Shown here: in pieces, positions 50,268 through 60,239 of the stretch | Numbering within the stretch: the stretch's first letter is position 1 | How the letters are laid out: every line of letters begins with the position of its first letter | Assembly: GCF_030028105.1 (NCBI RefSeq) | Contig: NC_092377.1 | Location: 3,787,079-3,851,078, forward strand | DNA: 64,000 bases | DNA from: Mobula birostris | Taxonomy: Eukaryota | Direction of reading: 5' to 3' | The notes under the pieces: generated by a model | Databases searched by the model: none | Seen by the model: the letters and a program-made list of their open reading frames with translations, nothing else | Told to the model about the DNA's origin: nothing | Made by a program: the position numbers and the translations under genes

Positions 50268-50545
50268 TGTGACGCTCTGGAGGGGGTGTGGTCGACAGCC
50301 GCCTGCATCTCTAATGACCTGTGCTGTTTATTGTTCTTGTGTTAAAATGCTTTTGTGGGAATATGGTGGGAAATTTCAGTTCATTTATTGTTACATTTTA
50401 GCTTGGGTTATGCAGTTACTTGCTTGTGTATTTGTGGGTCACTGTAGCTGTAATCGGGGTGTGTGATGGTCACCTCCCCCGTCGGTGTGAGACTGGTTGG
50501 GTTCACTCTGCGGGTCAGTGCCCAGTCCGTTTTGTGTTTATCACA
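50268..50545. mobile_element. Possible short solo LTR
   Basis: TGTGA...TCACA termini with near-matching 4-bp flanks (ATAC/ATAT); no second copy in the window. Confidence 0.35.
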
Positions 50546-50639
50546 ATATAATGTTTGTTGAGTTCAATGAACTTCATCGTCTGTCGCTGTGGACCAAATG
50601 CTCGCCTCATTGGTGTCAGGGGTATTTCTTTTGCTACTT

Positions 50640-51840
50640 CTTTACACATTCCCCTAAACTCTACTCTTTATAAAACTGAACAAAACTTTCAGTATCCTGC
50701 TGTATATTATTGGCTAGCTTGCCCTCATATTTCATCTTTTCCTTTCTTATAGCTTTTTAAATTGCCTTTTGTTGGATTTTTAAAAATTCCCAAACATCCA
50801 ACTTCTCACTCACTTTTGCTACTTATAAGCCTTTTCCTTGGCTTTTATGCAGCCCTTAACTTCCTTTGTCAGCAACAGTTGCCTACCCCTGCCATTTAGA
50901 ACTTCTTTCTCTGTGGGACATACCTATCCTGCGCCTTGTGAACCATTCCCAAACACTCAGCCATCTCTGCTCTGCTGTCATTCCCACCAGTATCCTCCTC
51001 CGATCCACCTAGGCAAGCTCCTCTCTCATGCCTCTGTAATTCACTTTATTCCATTGCAATACTGACACATCTGACTAATGCTTCTCCTTCAGAATTTCCT
51101 GTATGAATTCAATCAAATTGTGATCACTGCCTCCTAAGTGTTCCTTCACTTTATGCTCTCTAATAAAATCTTAATTAAAACACAACACACATCCTATGAT
51201 AGCCTTTCCTCGTGTAGGCTCAAGCACAAGCTGCTCTAAAAATCCATCTCATAGGTATTCAACAAATTCCCTCTCTTGCGATCTAACATCCACCTAATTT
51301 TCCCAATCCCCCTGCATATTGAAGTTGCCCATTACAATTCTGTCATTACCCTTTTCACATGCCCTGTCCAGCTCCCTCTGCAATCTCAACCCCACACCTT
51401 GGCTCCTATTTGGAGGCCTATATGCGATCCCCATAATGTTTTTTTTACGCTTGCCCTTTCTTAACTCCACCTACAATGATTCAACATTCTCTGACCCTAT
51501 GTCACCTGTTTCTAAAAATGTAATTTCTCTTACCACCATATCCACAACACTGGCTATATCTTCCTGCCTGTCTTTTCAATACAAAGCATATCCTTTGATA
51601 TTAAACCCCCAACAATTACCTTCTTTCAGGCATGACTCATTATAGTGATGTATCTCCAATTGTGTCACGTTCATCCATTTTATTCAGAATGCTATGTGTA
51701 TTTAAATACAGCACCTTCAGTCCTGCATTCTTCACCCTTTTGAGATTTGCCTCTTGGTACAATTTAACTATTTGCACTGTTTACATTTACAGTATACCCA
51801 ATCATTTATACCCGCTGCAAAGTCCATGGTTATGATATTT
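50640..51840 (-). mobile_element. Decayed CR1 LINE (endonuclease and linker)
   Basis: Clear similarity to the other CR1 endonuclease regions in the window (reverse of GTAATGGGCAACTTCAATATGCAGGG and GAATACCTATGAGATGGATTTTTAGAGCAGCTTGT). Confidence 0.75.
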
Positions 51841-51999
51841 CAAGGATGGCTGCATACCAAAATGCTCTACTTTCTCTGCACCCATGATTTTGTGGCTCAG
51901 CACAGCTCAAACACCATCTATATGTATTGGCCTGGTTAATATTTTTACTGCTGTGCTGTGAGGTATTTCATATTAATAAATTTTCTGTAAAAGTAGTGT

Positions 52000-52730
52000 G
52001 TCCAGCTGGTATAATGCTTTGGTTTTGGCTAAAAGTGAGGGGCAATGTTGGTCAACTTAGGAATGTTGTGTCAGCCAATCAGGATGGTGGAATTCGGCGA
52101 GTGTTCTAGAGAGAGCTGGGCAGAGAGAGATTTGTGACAGACACTGGTGGGGATCCTGGTCTTTTGGCGGGAGCTGTGGTAGAGAGAAGGTCGGGAGAGA
52201 TGCCCAGAAGATTTGATCCAACGGGAGACGCCATTGCAAGGAGTGCTTTGTGGAATGAAAGAGGTCAATATGGGAAGATCTAACTGTGACTGGTGATGAG
52301 AATTCAGTGCCGTGAGTTAATGGTTATACCCAGTTTTCGGACAATACGAGTTGCAATAGTCATGTGCACATTTAGACTGTTCTAGTTGTAATGAGCCTTT
52401 TTATTTTTATATTTTCTTTACTTCCTTTAATAACTGTTTTCTAAATATAGTTAAATATACTTCCTTTATAATTTTATGCTGGTGTATGATTTGTCATTTT
52501 GTGGCAACCAGTAATTCTGTATGGGCAGTACTAGCATTTGCTCAGATCAAGGTTTGGTTAATCGAAACATCTCAACTTTCTTGTTTGGTTGAACCCCAAA
52601 TCATACCGACCCTCAGCAGATATTGTTTATGAAAGGTATCCTTCTGACCGTAGAGTCACTAGGCTATTAGCAGAGTTAGCTATTGAGCCAAGTTTGCATA
52701 TGAGTCCAGTGAGTGGGTTACCCTTGTGGG
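52000..52730. repeat. Unclassified, possibly LTR-like repeat
   Basis: CCAAT motif, purine-rich U3-like composition and AT-rich 3' part; termini not resolved. Confidence 0.25.
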
Positions 52731-52794
52731 GACTTCTTCTGAGTATCTCTTGATGCTATGTGAATGCTTTTTAAGAAGTCAGAGGTATCAAAGG

Positions 52795-54700
52795 TTTCAA
52801 ACGTTTTAAAGGTACATTTAATGTCAGAGAAATGTATACAATATACATACTGAAATGTTTGTTCTTCACAACCATCACAAGAATGAACGACAGTTAAATG
52901 TTAGAACCCCAAAGTCCCCCTCAGCTCCCCTCCCTCCCGCGCGTAAGCAGCAGCAAGCAACAATCCCCCCTCCCCCCACTGGCAAATAAAAGCATTGGCA
53001 CCCGCCACCGAGCACTCAAGCGTGAACAAAGCAACAGTAAACACACAGACTTGCAGTACTCCAAAGACTACATTTTTCACCTGGCATTCGACATACCACA
53101 GGCTCCCTCTCTCCCTAATAAGGGAGAGAGAGATGTCTTCATTTCACAGCGATAGGGGAGACATAACAAACATCTCACTGGTTTATGATGTTAAAAATCC
53201 ATTGCGTTGCTTTTTTCGAGCTCTGCCCATAGATCTCGGATAGATAGCCATAGATCTCACGACTCCCCCAATGGCACACAGATCTCCTGCTGTGACATCG
53301 ACCTTTGATCTGCCCGTCTCCAGAGCCCCGAGATCCTAGGCCTCCAAAGGCAAGCTGAACTCTTAGGCTGAGCCCTCGGTATGCCAAAAAACGGCCAGTC
53401 CTGAAACTCTGAGAGTGGGTCCGATTCCCGCAAAGAACTGTAGTCAGCGTGTAACTCCAGGTCAGGATCTTCAAAAGAACCCTGAAAGGGAAAAATAGAG
53501 ATATTAAAGATGGAAATAGAACTGTTTCTGAAGATGCAAGCAAAAGAGCCACCGTTAGGCACCATTAACCCTCCTAAGCTCACTTAATTGATTAACTGTT
53601 TTGTGTATTTAAGTCTGTGTTTAAACTTGTGTCGGGGAAAGTGATTATGGTACTTCATTATGTACACCACAGTGATTAAGGTTTGGTGTGATTTGAAGTG
53701 TTTATCCACAAATAATGCTTATGGTCTGAGCGAGTGTATATCTGAAGTCCTGATGAACTGCTACTGAAAGTGCTGGGTTCTGTGAAAGTATTGTGGAAAG
53801 TTATGCTGGAGAATGGTGGTTTCATCAATTTGCTGGTAAGGATGTGGTTGTCGTCCTGGCTAGCAATGTTGTAACTGAAGCCGCACTGCCTGGTAGGATC
53901 AGGGCACCTGGAGAGGTGGGCCATGGGCAGTCCGTATTTTTAGAGAAGGTGGACGCATACTTGAGGTTGAAGGCGTTAAAGATGAGTTAAAGTCGTGCTT
54001 TAGCAGCAGGAACTGCAGTGGGGTAAGCAGGCAGCCCTGGGGGACGCCAGTGCTCTGTGTGATGACATCAGAGATACAGACCAACTGTGATCCCTTCATC
54101 AGGAAGTCGGAGATCCAGTTACAGACATCCACCATAGGTAGATTCTCACAACAGCTTTTGTGAAATTATTATATTGAAAGCAGAACTGAAGTTGATGAAG
54201 AACATTCTGACAGAGGAGGTATTATTTTCCAGGTGGGTCAGGACTGTGAGTGGAGGCAATGTTATCGTCAGTGGATCCATTTGGTCTGTATGCAAAATGG
54301 TAGATGTCCAATGTGGTGGGACAACTGGTATTAATACAGTTAATGACCAGTCACTCAAAGCACTTCATTATTTCACAATCTGTGCCTCGGAATGGTGTTC
54401 ATTGAGGCAGGACACATGCAGTTTCTCAGACACTGGGATGATGCTGGTGGCCTTGAAGCATGCGGGAATGATGTTCTGATCCAGGGAGATGTTGAAGATG
54501 TCAGTGAGAACATCTGCTAGATGAGCTGCACAGTCTCTGAGCAGACAGATAGGTATGTTGTCAGGCCCTGCAGCTTTACTGGGATCTTCCTCACATCAGC
54601 TGTGGCCAGATAGAATGCCCGCTCCTCGGAGAGAGAAGATGCCATTCTCGTCAGCATGTTGTTTACTGCATCAAAGGTTTATACATAGAGGACGTTCTGC
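52795..54700 (-). mobile_element. Rex1/Babar-type LINE RT fragment (53780-54700) and a probable LINE 3'-UTR repeat (52795-53580)
   Basis: Minus-strand peptides VRMFFINFSSAFNII and TGVPQGCLLTPLQF. Confidence 0.7.
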
Positions 54701-54879
54701 CTGTCAGACAGAGAGGCACCACAGTCATTGACATTCAGGGTGTTCTAATATCCTATTGTGAACTAAATGCTCTGTCACAAGTGCTATGTGTCCCTGGTGT
54801 CACAGAAATGTTTGTAGATGTTCAGTGTTCAACTGCCATATTATCCTATTCTTACCCTCAATGGCCCACAGACAACAAC

Positions 54880-55092
54880 TCACACAATAAACTGGAATAG
54901 TATTTACTCCTTACAATAATGGCCAAATTTACAGGTCGGAGGGCTTCTCCGATCGATTTCAGCTTTCCAGGAATGTCGCCACTAACAGCTACTCACTGAC
55001 CATCAGCAACGTGACGGTCACTAACTCTAAACTTTACATCTGTGACATTTGGGAGTCAGTCTTTGGAAAGGGAACCCAGCTGAATGTGACCA
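54880..55092 (+). pseudogene. 5'-truncated, frameshifted V-J-type Ig-domain exon paralogous to 58443-58805
   Basis: IVFTPYNNGQIYRSEGFSDRFQLSRNVATNSYSLTISNVTVTNSKLYICDIWESVFGKGTQLNVT with donor A|GTGAGT at 55093. In-frame TAA at 54888 and a 10-nt deficit relative to the paralog; no first Cys, Trp or acceptor. Confidence 0.88.
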
Positions 55093-55653
55093 GTGAGTAC
55101 TTCATGTTGGTTCTGTTTTCCAGTCACGTCCCTGTATCAATGAGTAATGATGATATTGTATGTTCAGTTTCACAGAAACAGCCGTTATTACAAGTTTATA
55201 AACAGCGGCCCAATCTTAATGTGGATAAAGATTCACTGCCTGCCGAGCTGAGGGGTACTTAGGGATGGAGAATAAATATCGGCATGGACAGTGACATCAA
55301 CGTCCCGGGAATGGAGAAAAGCTTTTCAATTTCCTTCCAAACTCCCCATATTGGCTGTTCAGTTCAAGTTCAATTGTCATTCACCCACACACACGAAAAC
55401 GGCCAAATGAAACAGTGTTCCTCTGGGGCCAAGGCTCAGAACACAGTGCCAACAGCACACGGCACATATAGTCATGGTAGCAGAACAACATACAGTCCAA
55501 TATAGCCCAAGTCCCTGAGAGGCATAGCCTGTAGATTGATGGTCCTAGTCCAGCTTGTCTTTCACTGGACTGATCCTGTTTCACAAGCATGTTGGTATCA
55601 ATGTGTACCCACAACTTCTGGTTGTTCAAACTCCCCCTTTAGAATGCAGAGAA

Positions 55654-56230
55654 CATACATAGAAACATACATAGAAAATAGGTGCAGGATTAGGCCATTC
55701 GGCCCTTCGAGCCTGCACCGCCATTTATTATGATCATGGCTGATCATCCAACTCAGAACACCGCCCCAGCCTTCCCTCCATACCCCCTGACCCCCGTAGC
55801 CACAAGGGTCTACTCCCTCTTAAATATAGCCAATAAACTGGCCTCAACTGTTTACTGTGGCAGAGAATTCCACAGATTCACCACTCTCTGTGTGAAGAAG
55901 TTTTTCCTAATCTCGGTCCTAAAAGGCTTCCCCTCTATCCTCAAACTGTGGCCCCTCGTTCTAGACTTCCCCAACATCGGGAACAATCTTCCTGCATCTA
56001 GCCTGTCCAATCCCTTTAGGATCTTATACGTTTCAATCAGATCCCCCCTCAATCTTCTAAATTCCAACGAGTACAAGCCCAGTTCATCCAGTCTTTCTTC
56101 ATATGAAAGTCCTGCCATCCCAGGAATCAATCTGGTGAACCTTCTTTGTACTCCCTCTATGGCAAGGATGTCTTTCCTCAGATTAGGGGACCAAAACTGC
56201 AGACAATACTCCAGGTGTGGTCTCACCAAG
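55654..56230 (-). mobile_element. CR1 3' fragment, same subfamily as 17578-19580
   Basis: ORF 55852-56229 is nearly identical to the C-terminus of ORF 18475-19413; reverse tail (CATAGAAA)n. Confidence 0.92.
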
Positions 56231-58442
56231 ATGATTCAAAATGTTGGCATCTGGGAAGCATCATCTTATCTGAGAGTCTTTGATGAGTTTGCTTGGAAAT
56301 GAAGGTGGAATTAATTCTGAGCAGAAGGTCAGACAATGGGCTGGTTGGTGTCTGTGAAAGGAGGCAAGGAAAAATGGGATGAGTCATGTAGACGTGTAGC
56401 ATTTAGGCAGGGCATGGTCACACGGTCCTGTAGGAAGCAGGTGATGGACAAAGAGGCTGTGAGATCTGTCTCCACCTGGTGTGAAAGGTTAAATCCTGAG
56501 ACAACAATGTTCAAACACAGAGAAAACCAAACCTCTCACTACACCGTGTGTCCTGTACACGGCCTCCTGTGAACTGCTTTTCTGTCCAGGTCCCTCTCTG
56601 TGCTACAGATGCAGGGGAACATGAGGAAAGAAGCAGCTGTGGGCCATTCAGCCCCTCATGCTGAATCTGCTGTTCAGCAACATCAAGGCTGATATTTGAA
56701 CGTGTTGTACTTTACCCACATCTCTAGTTCAACTTCATACATGAAGCTATTTTCATGTCTGTGTTGAATCTATTTAGCCAGCAAAACTAAGGGTTCAGGC
56801 ATATAATTCGCTGAAACTGGCAATACAGATTGATAGGTCGGGGAAGACAGGGTTTGGCACATTTGTCATCGTCAGTCAGTGCTTTGAGTGCACGAGTTGG
56901 AAGGCCATGTAACAAGATGCTGGGGAGGCCACACTTGGAGTATTTTGCACAGGTTTGCTCATCGTGTAATAATGATGCCATTATATGGAGCTTGAACAGA
57001 GGCCAATCAAACTTTGCTGATGAAAAGTGAAGATGGCTTCACCCAGGTTGAGGAGTGAGCTTTAAAATTCATTGGTTTGTTGCCAGTTTCTGGAAGTTTG
57101 AACAATGGCAAATCGGAGTTTGGGATTCGTTAGCAAGATGAAATGAAAATAAGGCCGGGGCAAGCAGAACAGCCATTTTTAGAGTGGGGACACTTTTGGC
57201 TTTGGCTCAACGAGCTTGGGCAATAAAACGCATGGTATCTGGTAAGCTCTCTCTTGCTCATTCTTTATCTGTCAGTGTCACTTGGAGTCTAGTGAGCATT
57301 TTGGATCCCTTATTTAAGAAAGGATGTGCTGACATTGGAGAGGGCTCAGAGGAGGTTCACGAGACTGATTACAGGAATGAAAGGGTTAACATATGAGCAA
57401 CAAATGAAGATTCTGGGCCTGTACTCACTGGAATTTAGAAGAATGATGGGGGGATCTCATTGAAACCCATCCAATGTTGAAAGGCCGAGTTCGATTTGAT
57501 GTGAAGAGGATATTTCCTATGGTGAGCCAGTCTAGGACCAGAGGGAACAGTCTTCATTTAGAGGTACGTCTATTTAGAGCAGGGAAGAAGAGGAATTCCT
57601 GTAGCCAGAGGATGGTGGATCTGTGGCAATTATTGCCACAGGTTGTTGTGGAGGGCAGGTCATCAGGGCATTTAAGGAGGAGGCCTGGATATCTGAGCTG
57701 TCCGTCCCTGGAATGAAAGACTCTGACGTGACCATAGAGGTGTTTGAAATCATGGGGGAATTAGATAATCACTTTTTCCATTTGCATAATTTGTTCTTTT
57801 TCACACCACTGTGTGTTTGATGTTTTCTTGAACGGATTCCATGTTGTTTTGTTGTTTAGTGACTGCCTGTGGGAGGATGAATCTTAGAGTTGTATTCTGT
57901 GTACACACTTTGATCATAGATGTACTTTGAATCTTTAATATGGTGGGTGGTCAGAGTCCTTTTCCCAGGGGAGCTGAGTCTAAAGGAAAAGGTGTAGGTT
58001 TAAGATGAGGGGGGAGGATTGAATGGGGACCAGAGGGACGTATATCCAGAGAGAGGGTGGTGTGTATATGGAACAAGCTGCCAGAGGAAGTGGTAGAGGG
58101 GGTACAATTACAACAATTAAAACACATGAGAACAAGAACGTGGACAGTACCTTAGAGGGATTATGGGCCTAGCACAGGGAAATAGGACTAGTTCAGATAA
58201 ATATCTTCGTCAGCAGGGATATTTTGGGCAGGACGGCCCATTTCTGTGTTGTACAAATCCATGACTCTGTGACCCTCAGCCCCCGTTTGTTCTTCAGGCC
58301 TGTCTCCAACCCACGGTTCAGCCCATCAGCATGTCAGTGCTATTTGGTCACAACTGTCTATAAGTCCCCAACTAGATTAATACTGACGTGATATCCCCTC
58401 GGTCTGGCTGTTTTCTGACCTTCAGTTGTTTACTGCCCACAG

Positions 58443-58805
58443 GTGTAATTGCAGGAACAGTCCTGATCCAATCGCCAGGAGTTGTGAAGGTGCGTGAAGG
58501 TGGAATGGTGCTGATACAGTGTGTCCTGGAGAGTGACAACGTGGATCACACTGTGGATAAATACGATGTGCACTGGTTCAACTCACGCAATAAACAGACA
58601 GATAAAAGAATCGTCCTTAGTCTTTACGCTGATGGCCGAGTTTACAGATCACGGGGCTTCTCCGATCGATTTCAGCTTTCCAGGAATGTCACCACTAACA
58701 GCTACTCACTGACCATCAGCAACGTGAAGGTCACCGACTCTAAACTTTACATCTGTGGCATTTGGGGGTGGGTCTTTGGAAATGGAACCCAGCTGAATGT
58801 GACCA
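58443..58805 (+). CDS. Intact single-exon V-J-type Ig-superfamily domain (non-rearranging antigen-receptor-like protein)
   Basis: Acceptor CCCACAG|, donor A|GTGAGT, 363 nt, phase 1-1. (G)VIAGTVLIQSPGVVKVREGGMVLIQC...DVHW...DRFQLSR...YSLTISNVKVTDSKLYIC-GIWGWV-FGNGTQLNVT has the canonical Cys, Trp, DxxxYxC and FGxGT motifs, with no stop and no RSS. Confidence 0.93.
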
Positions 58806-59819
58806 GTGAGTACTTCGTGTTGGTTCTGTTTTTCAGTCATGTTCCTGTATCAATGAGTAACGTTGATTCTGTATGTTCAGTTTCACAGAAACAGCCGTTA
58901 TTACAAGTTTATAAACAGCGGCCCAATCTTAATGTGGATAAAGATTCACTGCCTGCCGAGCTGAGGGGTACTTAAGGACGGAGAATAAATATCAGCATGC
59001 CCAGTGACATCAACGTCCCGTGAACGGAGTAAAGCTTTTCAATTTCCTTCCAAACTCCCCATATTGGCTGTTCAGTTCAAGTTCAATTGTCATTCACTCA
59101 CACACACGAAAACAGCCAAATGAAACAGTGTTCCTCTGGGGCCAAGGCACAGGACACAGTGCCAACAGCACACAGCACATATAGTCATGGTAGCAGAACA
59201 ACATACAGTCCAATATAGCCCACGTCCCTGAGTGGCATAGCCTGTAGATTGATGGTCCTGGTCCAGCTTTTCTTCCTCTGGACCGATCCTTTTTCACAAC
59301 CATGTTGGTACAGATGCAGGGGAGCATGAAAAAAAAGCAGCTGGAGGCCATTCAGCCCCTCATGCTGAACCTGTTGTTCTGCAACACCATGGCTGATGTT
59401 TGAACACATTGCAATTTTCCCATATCTCTTGTTCAGCTCCATATGTAAAACTATTTTGGTGTCTGTGTTGAATCTACTGTGTGCCTGAGTCTGCAGTTCT
59501 CAGGGTTCAGACACAAAGTTCCCTGAAACTGGTGATGCAGTTAGATAGGGCTGTGATGATGGCATTTAGCACGTTTGTCTTCATCAATCGGACTTTTTTC
59601 TGCAAGAATTGGAACATGTTACAAGATGCTGGAAAGCCCACACGGAGTATTTTGCACAGTTTTGGACATCCTAGAGTAATGGATACACTGTAATTTATAT
59701 AGTGTTTGAAATGCAGCCAATTGGAGTCAAGTTGATGAGGGAGCTTTACAATCACCCCTTTGTAGCAGTGTTTTTCAGAGATTCCACAGCAGCCAGTTGG
59801 CAGTTGGACATGGAAAGTA

Positions 59820-60210
59820 AAAGTAAACACAAGAAAGTCTGCAGATGCTGAAATCCAGAGCAGCACACACAAAATGCTGAAGGAACTCAGCAAGTCAGGC
59901 AGCGTCTATGGAAAAGAGTCAATGTTTGGGCTGAGGACTGAAATAGACAGCGAAAGACTCATGAATTAAAAGGATAGATAGAAGGTGATAGGTGAAGCCA
60001 GGCTCGTGGGAAAGGTAAATGACTGGGGATAAGGGAGTCTGACAGGAGAGGAAAATGGACAATCGGAGAAAGGGAAGGAGGAGGTGATGGGCAGGTGAGA
60101 AATAGTAAGAGGCCAGAGTGAGGAGTAGAAGAAGAAGGAAAGGGAGTGATTATTTTTACTGGAAGGGGAAATTGACACTCACACCATCAGGTTGGTGGCA
60201 ACACACAGAT
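59820..60210 (-). mobile_element. Degenerate PLE pseudo-LTR
   Basis: AAACACAAGAAAGTCTGCAGATGCTG...CAGGCAGC followed by a purine-rich tract; reverse-similar to 200-624. Confidence 0.6.
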
Positions 60211-60239
60211 GGTACAGTATATAAGGGTTTCTCCTCCAC

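Larger units (their letters stand above)
54880..57070 (+). repeat. Copy 1 of a local tandem duplication (copy 2 at ~58590-59755)
   Basis: Colinear at offset 3713 from the exon through ~55596, resuming at ~56604 versus ~59308 after ~1 kb that is present only in copy 1. Confidence 0.9.

Noticed and set aside
39139-50272. 2803-aa and 1099-aa plus-strand ORFs of (CVSVGxYL)n as real proteins
   Set aside because: They follow from a 24-bp unit with no stop in that frame. They start at non-ATG codons inside the array, have no unique sequence, and switch frame at the 10-nt shifts.
54867-54894. Cryptic RSS at the truncation point of the pseudo-V (CACAGAC...ACAATAAAC)
   Set aside because: The best nonamer gives a 10-nt spacer, and the 12-nt register matches only 4 of 9. 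The nonamer-like bases are simply homologous to coding sequence in the intact exon.
58443-58805. Assigning a gene symbol (IGL, TCR, NCR3 or CD8)
   Set aside because: No constant or transmembrane exon is in the window and the similarity is only at motif level; a database search is needed.
58388-58975. 195-aa GTG-initiated ORF as a single-exon gene with its own signal peptide
   Set aside because: The N-terminal part is the polypyrimidine tract and the C-terminal part is intron read-through. Canonical phase-1 splice sites bound the Ig domain exactly.
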